A DNA stretch of 64,000 bases, from contig CAZDUX010000011.1 of assembly GCA_964508715.1 (NCBI GenBank), positions 1-64,000 of the forward strand, given 5' to 3'. Positions 28,893-38,459 of this stretch are shown here, in pieces. A program made the position numbers and the translations under genes. The DNA comes from an uncultured Anaerolineaceae bacterium (GTDB lineage: Bacteria > Chloroflexota > Dehalococcoidia > Tepidiformales > Tepidiformaceae). Under the pieces are notes generated by a model, which had not been told where the DNA came from, made no database searches, and worked only from the letters and a program-made list of their open reading frames with translations. Within the stretch, counting starts at the first letter, position 1; each line of letters begins with the position of its first letter.

Positions 28893-29315
28893 GTGGCAAA
28901 GAAGGTCCGTGCAGTGGTGACACTGCAAATCCCGGCCGGGAAAGCGAACCCGGCTCCGCCGATTGGCCCGGCACTCGGCCAGCACGGCGTGAACATCATG
29001 GAGTTCTGCAAGGAGTACAACGCTCGCACGCAGAACCAGGTTGGGCAGATCGTGCCGGCCCAGCTCACCATCTTCGAGGACCGTTCGTTCACGTTCATCC
29101 TCAAGACGCCGCCGGCGACCGATATGCTCCGCAAGGCCGCCGGAATCGACAAGGGCAGCGGAAACGTGCGCCTCAACAAGGTCGGCCGCGTCTCGCAGGA
29201 TGATGTCCGGAAGATCGCCGAAACGAAGATGCCGGACCTCAACGCCAACACCGTCGAGGACGCCATCAAGATCATCGAGGGTACCGCGCGCTCGATGGGC
29301 ATCGAGGTGCAGTAG
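28893..29315 (+). CDS. rplK: 50S ribosomal protein L11
   Basis: GTG start giving [44 protein letters not shown]..., 141 aa. Confidence 0.92.
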   Translation: MAKKVRAVVTLQIPAGKANPAPPIGPALGQHGVNIMEFCKEYNARTQNQVGQIVPAQLTIFEDRSFTFILKTPPATDMLRKAAGIDKGSGNVRLNKVGRVSQDDVRKIAETKMPDLNANTVEDAIKIIEGTARSMGIEVQ

Positions 29316-29317
29316 CG

Positions 29318-30031
29318 ATGCCCAAGCACGGTAAGAAGTACCTGGAAGCGGCAAGCAAAGTCGACAAGTCGAAGCTCTATACGGTTGATGAGGCGATCGG
29401 CCTTGCGCGGGAAGTTGCGCCGGCGAAGTTCGATGAGACCGTGGAGTTGCACATCAAGACGGGGCTGGACCCGCGCCACGCAGAGCAACAGATCCGCGGT
29501 AGCACGGTGTTGCCAAACGGCCTGGGCAAGGTGCTGCGCGTGCTCGTCTTCACCGAAGGCGAAGCCGTGGGAGCGGCGCGCGATGCAGGCGCGGATTTCG
29601 TCGGTAGCGACGACCTGATCAAGCAGATCGAGGGCGGCTGGACCGACTTTGATGTCGCCATCGCAACGCGCGAAATGATGGGCAAGGTCGGCCGCCTGGG
29701 GCGTATCCTCGGCCCGCGCGGGCTCATGCCGAACCCGCGGTCGGGGACGGTCATTGGTGCTGAGGACATCGCCAAGACAGTCGCGGAAGCGAAGCAGGGC
29801 CGCGTCGAATTCCGTCTCGACCGCCTCGCGAACATCCACGTTCCGCTCGGCAAGGTGAGCTTCGAAGCGGAGAAGATCCGCGAGAACATGGCCACCCTGA
29901 TCGAAGCCGTGAACGCGGCGAAGCCGAAGGAAGCGAAGGGCCAGTACATCCGCAGCATGACGCTGACGACGACGATGGGCCCCGGCATTCATCTCGACCT
30001 CAGCCAGGCGCTGGCACTCCGCACCGCCTGA
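29318..30031 (+). CDS. rplA: 50S ribosomal protein L1
   Basis: [61 protein letters not shown], 237 aa. Confidence 0.95.
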   Translation: MPKHGKKYLEAASKVDKSKLYTVDEAIGLAREVAPAKFDETVELHIKTGLDPRHAEQQIRGSTVLPNGLGKVLRVLVFTEGEAVGAARDAGADFVGSDDLIKQIEGGWTDFDVAIATREMMGKVGRLGRILGPRGLMPNPRSGTVIGAEDIAKTVAEAKQGRVEFRLDRLANIHVPLGKVSFEAEKIRENMATLIEAVNAAKPKEAKGQYIRSMTLTTTMGPGIHLDLSQALALRTA

Positions 30032-30051
30032 GTCCCTCACGCACCATCGAA

Positions 30052-30082
30052 AACGGGCCTCCTAATAGGAGGCCCGTTTTTG
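30052..30082 (+). terminator. rho-independent terminator after rplA
   Basis: GGGCCTCCT-AATA-GGAGGCCC stem-loop followed by GTTTTTGTT. Confidence 0.85.
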
Positions 30083-30178
30083 TTGTGCGGCAAATGGCAC
30101 CAAGGGGCGAAGAGGCTGCATGCTACTGCAATGAGTGGCAGTTACCTACAATGGCAATGAAGAAGAGCCTGCTGCCAG

Positions 30179-30715
30179 GTGGTGGCAGAGTCCCGCCGTG
30201 CTACGTGGAGTGGAAGGTTGGCAACGTCGTTCCGGCGCCTGGAAGATAGCGAACTGGATGAGGCGCACGCGATCGTTGCTGCCGCGACCGAGTGGCTGAA
30301 CAACCGGGGAATCGTGCAGTGGACGCGCGTGATGCCGCGCGAGATGTACATGGAGCGCCAGGAGCGGGGCGAGAATTATGGGCTGTTCGAGCCCGGCCTC
30401 TCGGCGGTGATGACGCTCAAGGAGCAGGCACCCGAGTACTGGCGAGACCGGGAATACGAAAAACCGTTCCTCTGGCTCTCAACACTCGCCTCACGGCGTG
30501 ACGTGCCGGGCTCGGGCGGGCGCGCCCTCGAGGCGGCCGTGGACTTCACGGCACGTTCGGGGTTCGCCAGCCTCTACCTCGACTGCGTGGATCGGGACGA
30601 TGCGCTGCCATCGTTCTACCGGCGTGCCGGGTTCGAGCAGCTGGAGCGGCGCGAGGTCTGGCCAGGCTGGCCGATGTGCCTCTTCGTGAAGCGGTTTGAC
30701 GGAGAGCAGGCCTAA
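30179..30715 (+). CDS. GNAT family N-acetyltransferase
   Basis: 178 aa; acetyltransferase fold pattern (VPGSGGRALEAAVDFTARSGFASLYLDCV..FYRRAGF); start uncertain. Confidence 0.65.
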   Translation: MVAESRRATWSGRLATSFRRLEDSELDEAHAIVAAATEWLNNRGIVQWTRVMPREMYMERQERGENYGLFEPGLSAVMTLKEQAPEYWRDREYEKPFLWLSTLASRRDVPGSGGRALEAAVDFTARSGFASLYLDCVDRDDALPSFYRRAGFEQLERREVWPGWPMCLFVKRFDGEQA

Positions 30716-31443
30716 GATCGTGCGGCTGTGCCGGGTCTGAGCCACTCGGCGCCATGGTCCTCCGAGGTGATCCGGCCCTTTCGCATGTGGATGACGCGGT
30801 CGGCGGCGGCGGCGACATTCATATCGTGCGTCACGAGCAGGATGGTGAGCTGGCTCTCCTCGCGGATGCGGCGGAAGAGCTCGATGATGCCGAGGGCGGC
30901 CTCCGGGTCGAGGCTGCCAGTCGGTTCGTCGGCGAGGAGCAGGGTAGGGTTGTTGGCGAGCGCCCGGGCGATGGCAACGCGCTGACGTTCGCCACCGGAG
31001 AGTTCGGGTGGCCGGAGGTTGACGCGTTCGGCGAGGCCGACGCCCTCCAGGAGGCCAAGCGCGCGTTTCTTGCTCTCCTTGTTACTGACGCCGGTACCGA
31101 TCGTGGCGATCTGGACGTTCTGGAGTGCGGTGAGGTTCGGCAGGAGGTTGTGGAGCTGGAAAACGAGGCCGACTTCGAGCCGGCGGTAGCGGTCGATGCT
31201 CGGGAGGCCGGGGAGTGCCTTGCCACTGACGCGAATCTCGCCGGAGGTCGGCTCATCGAGCGCGGCGATGAGGTGGAGAAGCGTGGACTTTCCTGAGCCT
31301 GAGGGCCCGGTGAGGGCGACCCACTCACGCCGGTTGATCGCGAACGACACATCTTCGAGGGCGTGGACCTTGCCGCTCTCGTAGATCTTCGAGACGTGGC
31401 TCACTTCGACGGCCGGTTCCTGGGCTGACTGTTGATCATTCAT
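30712..31443 (-). CDS. ABC transporter ATP-binding protein (MacB/LolD/FtsE-like)
   Basis: Walker A GPSGSGKSTL, signature LSGGERQRVAIARAL, Walker B LLLADEPTGSLD. Confidence 0.88.
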   Translation of the reverse strand: MNDQQSAQEPAVEVSHVSKIYESGKVHALEDVSFAINRREWVALTGPSGSGKSTLLHLIAALDEPTSGEIRVSGKALPGLPSIDRYRRLEVGLVFQLHNLLPNLTALQNVQIATIGTGVSNKESKKRALGLLEGVGLAERVNLRPPELSGGERQRVAIARALANNPTLLLADEPTGSLDPEAALGIIELFRRIREESQLTILLVTHDMNVAAAADRVIHMRKGRITSEDHGAEWLRPGTAARS

Positions 31444-32554
31444 GGCGAATCGCCGTCAGCGGCCGAAGCATCGCTGCCCGCAATGCGGGGTAGAGCGCCC
31501 CGAAGGCGGCCATGCCGAAGGTGATGAGCAGGGCACGAAGGAACACGTCGTTGCTGTACACCGGATTGAAGAGTCCCTCCAGCGAGGGCGCACGCTCGAG
31601 TATCTGGATGAGGATGAACCCCAGCCCAATACCGGCCATGCACCCGGACATGGTAACGATAAACGCCTCGCCCAGGACATCGGCGACGATTCGGACGCGA
31701 GACCAGCCGATGGCCCGGAGGACGCCGAACTCGCGCGTCCGCTCGAAGACGGAGAGGCTCATCATGTTGAGGACGGTGACCGCGCCAATGATGAGGGCGA
31801 GTGCCGAAACCCCGGTGTTCGCCGCGCCGAGCAGTTCGAGGTTGCGGTCGACGTGGCCGAAGTCGGTCTCGGAGCGGACGGTGGCGAGTTGGGGCTCGGC
31901 CTTCTCGATCGCCTTCCGAACGGATTCAATATCGTAGCCCTGGGCGACTTTGACGAAGCCAACAGTAATACTGCTCGGCTTCCGCTGAGTGGCCTGGAGG
32001 TGCCGGAGGGGCACCATGGCGGCAGAGTCGCCGAACACCTCGCCGGTCTGGTAGATACCAACGACGGTGTAGTCATTCTTGTCGAGGTGAACGGTGTCGC
32101 CGACCGTCTTGCCGAGGTCGCGGGCGGCCTGGTAGCCGAGCATCGCCTGGTTATCGGCGGCGTCGTCATACGTCTTGCCGACCACGAGGTGGACGCCAAA
32201 CGGCTCCTGGTCGGCGGACTTCATCCCGATGATGAGAAAGAATGGATGCTGTTCATCGAGCTTGAAGCCGGCGACGAGGACACCGATTGAGCTCTCGACA
32301 CCGGGGATCTTGCGGACGGTATCGAGATCGTTCTCATCGATGTTGCTGTAGAGCACATCAGTAGCATTACGCTGGGCAATTGTAAAGTCGGAGCTGCCTG
32401 CCCGAAGAATCGCGACGGCGCTCTCGCGCAGGCTGTGGGTGAGCACACCCATTGCGACGACAGTCATGATGGTGACAGCGATCGCCATGGCGGTGAGCAC
32501 GGAGCGAAATTTCCGGGTATGGACGTTACGCCAGACCAGCAGCGTGAAACTCAC
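31436..32554 (-). CDS. ABC transporter permease, FtsX/MacB-like (4 TM with periplasmic domain)
   Basis: C-terminal FtsX domain (MSLSVFERTREFGVLRAIGWSR...); start refined to GTG preceded by AAGGGAGAGG RBS. Confidence 0.75.
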   Translation of the reverse strand: MSFTLLVWRNVHTRKFRSVLTAMAIAVTIMTVVAMGVLTHSLRESAVAILRAGSSDFTIAQRNATDVLYSNIDENDLDTVRKIPGVESSIGVLVAGFKLDEQHPFFLIIGMKSADQEPFGVHLVVGKTYDDAADNQAMLGYQAARDLGKTVGDTVHLDKNDYTVVGIYQTGEVFGDSAAMVPLRHLQATQRKPSSITVGFVKVAQGYDIESVRKAIEKAEPQLATVRSETDFGHVDRNLELLGAANTGVSALALIIGAVTVLNMMSLSVFERTREFGVLRAIGWSRVRIVADVLGEAFIVTMSGCMAGIGLGFILIQILERAPSLEGLFNPVYSNDVFLRALLITFGMAAFGALYPALRAAMLRPLTAIRHE

Positions 32555-32744
32555 GGCCTCTCCCTTCAGCGGCCAAGCGGCAGCAGCGACTGTTCGGGCG
32601 TAGCATGATTCGGTGCAGGGCGCGCGGCAAGCCCCGCTGGAGACCCCGATTGGCGTTCGATCGGCCCTCGCCGAGGTTGCGATAAATTCGTCACAATACA
32701 CGGTGGCCGAAACGGCCCTGCGGATTCGCACGGGAGAGACGACG

Positions 32745-33290
32745 ATGACGAGATTTGGAACCAGGCATGTGCTCTTCGGCCTTCTTGCTGCCGCGCTCGG
32801 CGGGACCACCCTGGTGGCGGCCGCATGCGGTGGCGGCGACGACCTGGGTGATATCAAGGCGACAGCGACTGCGGCGGCGAAGAATGCACCATCGCCCACA
32901 GCAACCCCGGATCCGGTGCCTGCTTACCGGCAAGCAGCGGACCAGAAGGCGGGTGAACTGGCGACAGCCGTGAAGAAGATCCAGGACGACATGATTGCGG
33001 CATCGACGACCCAGGCCGACCCGAAATGGCCATCGGTGCTCACGGCCGATGCCGACGCAATCACCCAGAAGGCCAACGAGCTCATCGCACTCAAGGCGCC
33101 GAACGCCGACTACCAGCCAGTCGCCGACCAGATGACGACCGCGGCGACAAAGCTCTCCACCGGTGCAGACCTGATGAAGCAGGCAGTGACGAAGCTCTCG
33201 CAGGATTTCGGCATCCAGGGCGCGGCCGCGCTTGACGAGGGTATGAAGCAGCTCGCTACCGCCCGCGAGACACTGGCGAACAAGAAGTAG
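32745..33290 (+). CDS. hypothetical lipoprotein (helical, Ala/Lys-rich)
   Basis: Signal peptide plus lipobox LVAAACGGGDD; start refined to MTRFGTRHV. Confidence 0.5.
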   Translation: MTRFGTRHVLFGLLAAALGGTTLVAAACGGGDDLGDIKATATAAAKNAPSPTATPDPVPAYRQAADQKAGELATAVKKIQDDMIAASTTQADPKWPSVLTADADAITQKANELIALKAPNADYQPVADQMTTAATKLSTGADLMKQAVTKLSQDFGIQGAAALDEGMKQLATARETLANKK

Positions 33291-33456
33291 CGGAGCGAGC
33301 AGGCGCACGATGAAGTGGCTGTTCTATTCCGTGGTGGCTGCGGCGGCGTTACTCGCGGCCATCATCGCGACCGTGCGCATCCGGCGTGGGGGAACGGGTG
33401 CGCCCACCGGGAGCGTGTGAGCAACTGCCGCTTTCTCCAAGCCCCATCGGAGCGAT

Positions 33457-34404
33457 ATGAGCGTGGGCTTCTTGATACCCGGCCCCGCGAGGTGTAGAAG
33501 CGGGCGCATCATGAACGAGAAGCTGAACTCAGACCATCGCATCTTCGTCAGCTACATCGACAAGTCCCGCGAGTACTACCTCGCGCAGGGCTATGGGAAC
33601 CCTTACCGCTGGGCACACTTCGACGAGGTCCCCTTTGGCAGGTTGGCGAGGCCGCTGAGTGAATCGCGAATCGGCCTCGTGACAACGGCAAGCCTCCCCC
33701 AACCGGAACCCGCACCCGATTCATTCGCCATTGCTCCAGTGGTGTACGCGGCCCCGACGGACCCGGCCCCCACAAGCCTCTATACCGACCACCGGTTCTG
33801 GGATAAAGACGCCACGCACACACACGATATCGACTCGTTTGCGCCGATCAACCGGCTGCGCGAAGCCGAAGCGGCGGGCAAGATCGGCAGTCTGTCGCCG
33901 CGGTTCTATGGCATCCCCACCGTTTATAGCCAGCGCCAGACAATGGAATCGGACTGCCCCGCACTCCTCGGGCTTTGCCGCGAAGATGGGGTGGATGCGG
34001 CGATCCTCGTGGCTCTCTGACCAGTCTGTCACCAGACCGTGAGTCTGGCGGCAAGGCACCTCGAAGAAGCGGGTATTCCGACGGTGGTTGTTGGGTCGGC
34101 CCGCGACATCGTGGAGCAATGCGGAGTTGCCCGGTTCCTGTTCACCGACTTCCCGCTTGGCAATCCGTGCGGCGCCCCTTACGACCCGGCGATGCAGACA
34201 GCGATCGTGGGCATGGCGCTGGAATTGCTGGAGTCGGCACGCATGCCCCGCACCACGGTGCAGACACCGTTTCGCTGGCCAAACGATGACTGGCGGCAGG
34301 ACTTCATGCGCTTCGACCATCTCACGGCAGAGGAACTCCGGGAGATGGGTGAGGGCCGCCGCCGGCGCCAGGCCGAACAACACCCGGTACGCGCAAGCGG
34401 ATAG
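33457..34404 (+). CDS. GrdB/PrdB-family (glycine/betaine/sarcosine/D-proline reductase component B-like) selenoprotein; Sec encoded by in-frame TGA at 34018..34020
   Basis: ORFs 33457..34020 and 34039..34404 are in the same frame separated by TGA; joined translation gives ...DAAILVAL-U-PVCHQTVSLAARHLEEAGIPTVVV, matching the U-x-x-C-H...AGIPT active-site region of PrdB/GrdB; upstream region resembles GrdB (INRLREAEAAGKIGSL..FYGIPTVYS); start may be 33511 (MNEKL). Confidence 0.7.
34032..34048 (+). promoter_or_regulatory. candidate bacterial SECIS hairpin (CCAGAC-CGUGA-GUCUGG) starting 11 nt after the UGA
   Basis: 6-bp stem plus 5-nt loop located at +12..+28 from TGA, the spacing used by bacterial SelB-dependent SECIS elements. 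Confidence 0.4.
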
Positions 34405-34412
34405 CGGCGCCC

Positions 34413-35375
34413 TCACCAGCGGTGGCTGGCGAATGCCCACTCGATGATGTTGATGGCGTCCTGGGCGCGGGTAGAGGTGTTGAGAAGGACGGCATAGATA
34501 CGGTGACCGTCGCGCTTCGCCGAGACAACGAAAGTGCGGCCCGCCTGCTCGGTGTAGCCGGTCTTCACGCCATCGACACCGGGCGTGTAGTTCAGAAGGG
34601 GGTTGAGGTTGTAGAGGTCGATATCACGCGACCCCTTCGCAACGTGCTTTTCGGTGCCCACAATCTGCGCGAAGGTCGCGTTCTGCATTGCGTAGCGCGA
34701 GAGGAGGGCGAGGTCGGCGGCAGTGCTGTAGTGGTCCGGCCCCCCGAGGCCGGTGGGTTCTGTGAAATGCGTATCGCGGAGGCCGATGCGGGCAGCCAGG
34801 TCGTTCATGCGGGCAACGAAGTCGGACTGGCTCCATGACGTTGCCTGCATGAGTGCCTCCGCGGCGTCGTTCCCGGAGACGAGCATCATTCCATAGAGGA
34901 GTTCACGGACAGAGAAGCGGTCACCGGGCTCGAGGCCCATGACGGAGCTGTCCTGCTCCCACTCGCGCTGCAGGTTCGGGTTCACGTCGACGACGCGGTC
35001 GAGATCGCCCCCTTCGATGACGACCATGGCTGTTGCAATCTTGGTGAGGCTCGCGGGGGCCATGCGCTGGTGACCGGCACGGTCGAAGAGGATGGTGCCG
35101 GACGCTTCATCCATGACGATGATCGACTGGGCGCTGAGTTGCGGGACCGGGATATCGAGTGCGGCCGGCGGCTTCGGGTCCGGTTGGAGGCTGCGCTGAG
35201 CGGCTGCGACCGGGGCGCCGGGCGGGTGTCCACCATCGAACGGCGAAGTTGTCGTTGGGGTTGCCGTTGGTTCGAACCACCGGGCGAAGGCGGAGTTGTT
35301 GCCGCTGCTCTTGCCGTTGCAGGACGAGAGCAGAATTGCGAAGGCGATAACGCCGATGAGCGTCCGGCTGCTCAT
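34413..35375 (-). CDS. D-alanyl-D-alanine carboxypeptidase (peptidase S11, PBP5/6-like)
   Basis: SxxK (ASLTKIAT), SGN (LVSGNDAAEAL) motifs; signal/lipobox-like N-terminus MSSRTLIGVIAFAILLSSC; start refined. Confidence 0.8.
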   Translation of the reverse strand: MSSRTLIGVIAFAILLSSCNGKSSGNNSAFARWFEPTATPTTTSPFDGGHPPGAPVAAAQRSLQPDPKPPAALDIPVPQLSAQSIIVMDEASGTILFDRAGHQRMAPASLTKIATAMVVIEGGDLDRVVDVNPNLQREWEQDSSVMGLEPGDRFSVRELLYGMMLVSGNDAAEALMQATSWSQSDFVARMNDLAARIGLRDTHFTEPTGLGGPDHYSTAADLALLSRYAMQNATFAQIVGTEKHVAKGSRDIDLYNLNPLLNYTPGVDGVKTGYTEQAGRTFVVSAKRDGHRIYAVLLNTSTRAQDAINIIEWAFASHRW

Positions 35376-35454
35376 GTGGGAGCAAGAATACCGCGCACGT
35401 GGTTTCGAACCAGCGGGGGTAAGCGACGGGCAAAGAGCGCCCGGTCCGGGTGCT

Positions 35455-35961
35455 TCAGGCTGGCAAACGGCCGATACGGCGGAGGGCAATCTCGGACGCG
35501 GTATTGGGCGCGGGCTCGGCGAGAAGCTCGAGGCGAGCGAGCCACTTCACACTGGTGAAACACTCCCCACCGGGGACGAGGAGCCGCACGGGTGCACCAT
35601 GCGCCTGCGGGATCGGCTCACCGTTGAGGGTGAGCGCGAGAAGTGACTGACGGGCTACGTCGACGGGGAGCGGCAGGCTGAAATCGCCGGCGGAGGCCTG
35701 TACCCAGCGGGCGTCGCCAGCAATGCCGGCACGATCGAGCACCTGGCCCATGCGGACGCCACGCCAGCGCAGGCCCGGAACAGTCCAGCCCTCCAGGCAG
35801 GCGAACTCATCGAAGATCTCGTCCTGCGGCATGGCAGCGAGATCCTCGGCGCCGAGCGAGAGCGGCCGCGAAACGAGGCCGTCGATGACGAGCCGGTAGC
35901 CGGCCGCGGGCTCGGGATAGGGATGGATGGGGAGCGATTCGAGGCGCTTGACTTCGGGCAT
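35455..35961 (-). CDS. molybdopterin-dependent oxidoreductase domain protein (sulfite oxidase/MsrP-like)
   Basis: 168 aa; EFACLEGWTVPGLRWRGV and GAPVRLLVPG..CFTSVKWL match the Mo-cofactor binding fold of the sulfite oxidase family. Confidence 0.65.
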   Translation of the reverse strand: MPEVKRLESLPIHPYPEPAAGYRLVIDGLVSRPLSLGAEDLAAMPQDEIFDEFACLEGWTVPGLRWRGVRMGQVLDRAGIAGDARWVQASAGDFSLPLPVDVARQSLLALTLNGEPIPQAHGAPVRLLVPGGECFTSVKWLARLELLAEPAPNTASEIALRRIGRLPA

Positions 35962-35995
35962 GGCGAACTCCTGCCTTCGAATCTAGCGCGGCCGG

Positions 35996-36373
35996 CTACC
36001 GTTCGCCAGCGGAGATATCGAGGTCCACCGCCACGGGGAGCGCTGTCTGCCCCCAGTTCGTAAGGTCACCGCTGTAGCCGGGCTGGTACTTCGCCACGAG
36101 GAGCCGGCGGGCGAGAGCATCTTCCTCGGTGGCGGGGGCGACAAGACGGGCAGTTCCGTGGAACACCTGCCCGGCAATGCGAACGGTCACGGCGGGGATC
36201 TCCCGGATATTCCTCACCCAGTGGGAGTTGTCGCGCCCGCCGCTGAGCAGGTAGAGGGTTATGCCGGCGAGACCGAACCAGATCTCGATCTCACGCGGCT
36301 GGCCGCTCTTGCGGCCCGTAGTCGTGAGGTAGCAGTAGTCGCTCGTGGCGGCGAGGCTGGAGAGGTCCATCAC
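35996..36373 (-). CDS. deazaflavin-dependent nitroreductase family protein (Ddn-like)
   Basis: YLTTTGRKSGQPREIEIWF..LYLLSGGRDNSHWVRNI matches the Ddn/DUF385 family. Confidence 0.7.
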   Translation of the reverse strand: MMDLSSLAATSDYCYLTTTGRKSGQPREIEIWFGLAGITLYLLSGGRDNSHWVRNIREIPAVTVRIAGQVFHGTARLVAPATEEDALARRLLVAKYQPGYSGDLTNWGQTALPVAVDLDISAGER

Positions 36374-36469
36374 GGTACACTCTACGCGGATTGTGGGCGT
36401 GCCAGTTTGCCGGAGCTTGACCCGGCAGGTCGCCTCGAAGCGCTATCTTTGACACCTTTGGTGGCACGC

Positions 36470-36991
36470 ATGTTGAGAAGCTTCGCGATCCTCGCAGTTG
36501 GCATCCTTGGCGCTGGCGCGTTCCTCGTGCAGGCGTTCGCCCAGGAAGGCAGCACTCCGACCCTGCCAAAGCGCGCCATCGTCATCGGGCTAGCCCACGA
36601 CGTCGCACCGCCAACACCAACCCCCACCGTACCGGCGTATCCGCCGCCTCCGCCGCCAGACCCCGCATATTGCGAACCGTCGGGATTCGGGCCGCCCACC
36701 CCGCCGAACGCGGTAATCGGGCTGCTCAGCATCGGCGGAGAGCCAGCCCCGGCTGGCACGCTCATCACCCTAACGTTCGACGGGAAGCGCGGACCCGCAG
36801 CGTATATCCCTGAAGCCGGTGGATATCGGGTCTTCTACGCCGCAGGCGGACAAGGGCACGAACCTCCATGCATCAACCAGGTCGGTTCGGAGCTCGGGGT
36901 GATGGTGAACGGCCAGGCGGTGCAGTCGGGTGTCCGCGTCGGGGATGAGGCATCGCGGTTGGTCTTGAGGTTCGACGTCGCGCTCCCTTGA
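36470..36991 (+). CDS. secreted hypothetical protein with Pro-rich linker
   Basis: Signal peptide MLRSFAILAVGILGAGAFLVQAFA; PPTPTPTVPAYPPPPPPDP linker; start refined from over-extended ORF. Confidence 0.5.
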   Translation: MLRSFAILAVGILGAGAFLVQAFAQEGSTPTLPKRAIVIGLAHDVAPPTPTPTVPAYPPPPPPDPAYCEPSGFGPPTPPNAVIGLLSIGGEPAPAGTLITLTFDGKRGPAAYIPEAGGYRVFYAAGGQGHEPPCINQVGSELGVMVNGQAVQSGVRVGDEASRLVLRFDVALP

Positions 36992-37064
36992 TTCGATTGG
37001 CAGCCGGGTAGTTGTTGGCCCATGCGCAGCGCGTTACAGTCCCGGCACAGCAGCATCGGGAGGG

Positions 37065-37859
37065 ATGGAAATGACGCAGGTGCAGGATCGGGTGAATGTC
37101 CGCGAGGGCGTGGTTTTCGGGACGGGCGGGGGCAGGGAACTCCGTTGCGACATCTTCGAGCCACCAACCGCCGTTGCGAACGGGATCGGGGTGCTGCTCG
37201 TACACGGCGGTGGCTGGAGTGGCGGCGACCGATCGCAGCTGCGCGGATACGGCATTCTTCTCGGGCGGCGCGGCTACTTCTGTGTCGCGAGTGAGTACCG
37301 GCTGACGGGCGAGGCGCTCTGGCCAGCGCAGATCGAGGACGTGAAGGCGGCGATTCGCTACCTGCGCGCAAATGCGGCCGAGTTCGGGATTGATCCCGGG
37401 AAGCTGGTGATCGAAGGGAACTCGGCGGGCGGCCACCTGTCGCTGGTGGCGGCGGGAACAGCGGACGTGCCAGGGTTCGAAGGCAGCGGCGGGAATGCGG
37501 GGGTGAGCACGGAGGTTGCTGCAGCGATCGCCTTCTACCCGCCGACCGGGCTCGAACGGCGGAGCTGGGGCGGGCTCCCGAGTCTCTTTGGCCCGGGCGC
37601 ATCGCAGGAGACACTCAAGACGGCGAGCCCGCTGACGTACGCAACGAAGGGATATCCTCCCACGCTGCTCATCCAGGGGAACGCCGACGACGTGGTTCCC
37701 GCCCGGGAGGCGACGGCGATGTACGACGCGCTCCACGCGGCGGGTGTGCCGGTGGAGATGCACATGTACGCGAACCAGCCGCACGCTTTCGATGCCGACC
37801 CAAAGCTCGGGCGGCAGTGTGCAGAGATCATGGCCTCGTTCATCGAGCGCATGCTCTGA
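37065..37859 (+). CDS. alpha/beta hydrolase (esterase/lipase, fold-3 type)
   Basis: HGGGW oxyanion motif, GNSAGG nucleophile elbow, C-terminal His region. Confidence 0.82.
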   Translation: MEMTQVQDRVNVREGVVFGTGGGRELRCDIFEPPTAVANGIGVLLVHGGGWSGGDRSQLRGYGILLGRRGYFCVASEYRLTGEALWPAQIEDVKAAIRYLRANAAEFGIDPGKLVIEGNSAGGHLSLVAAGTADVPGFEGSGGNAGVSTEVAAAIAFYPPTGLERRSWGGLPSLFGPGASQETLKTASPLTYATKGYPPTLLIQGNADDVVPAREATAMYDALHAAGVPVEMHMYANQPHAFDADPKLGRQCAEIMASFIERML

Positions 37860-37893
37860 GCTGATTCGCCCGGGCCGGCTCACGGGGGAGGAG

Positions 37894-38418
37894 ATGGTAT
37901 TCGAGAGCACGCTCCGGGTGGAAGAGGACGGCGATGGCTACTGGCGCCTTACCGAGGACCTGGTGTACCAGGGGCGGACGGACCGGTTCCTCGTTCCAGC
38001 AGGATTCCGTACCGATTTCGCGAGTGTGCCCCGGCTCTTCACCTGGCTCGTCCCCACGTCCGGGGAGTACACGAAGGCGGCAGTGCTCCACGACTGGCTG
38101 CTCGAGGAATCGGGCATCAGCCGGCACGATGCAGACGGTATCTTCCGGCGGACGATGCGGGAGCTCGGGGTATCGGACCTGCGGCGGTACGTGATGTGGG
38201 GCGCTGTCCGAATCGCAGGGCGGCTCAGGGATTCCAGCATGCCCGAGACACTGCTGATCGTGCTTCTTGCGATATTCGTCGTGCCCGTGGCGCTGCCGGG
38301 CGCGCTCTTTGTCCTAGTCGTCCTCACGCTCCTTTGGGCGGTCGAACTGGGGCTCTGGGGAGCGTTGCGGTTGCTTGGCAAGGAGACGACGAAGCCGCGC
38401 CACTTCTGGTGGAACTGA
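37894..38418 (+). CDS. DUF1353-like protein with C-terminal 2-TM region
   Basis: LVPAGFRTDFASVPRLFTWLVP...AAVLHDWL pattern typical of DUF1353; RBS GGGGGAGGAG before ATG. Confidence 0.6.
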   Translation: MVFESTLRVEEDGDGYWRLTEDLVYQGRTDRFLVPAGFRTDFASVPRLFTWLVPTSGEYTKAAVLHDWLLEESGISRHDADGIFRRTMRELGVSDLRRYVMWGAVRIAGRLRDSSMPETLLIVLLAIFVVPVALPGALFVLVVLTLLWAVELGLWGALRLLGKETTKPRHFWWN

Positions 38419-38459
38419 GCACGAGAGCCTCCCGGGTGCGGACTGTATGATGCCTCTCC

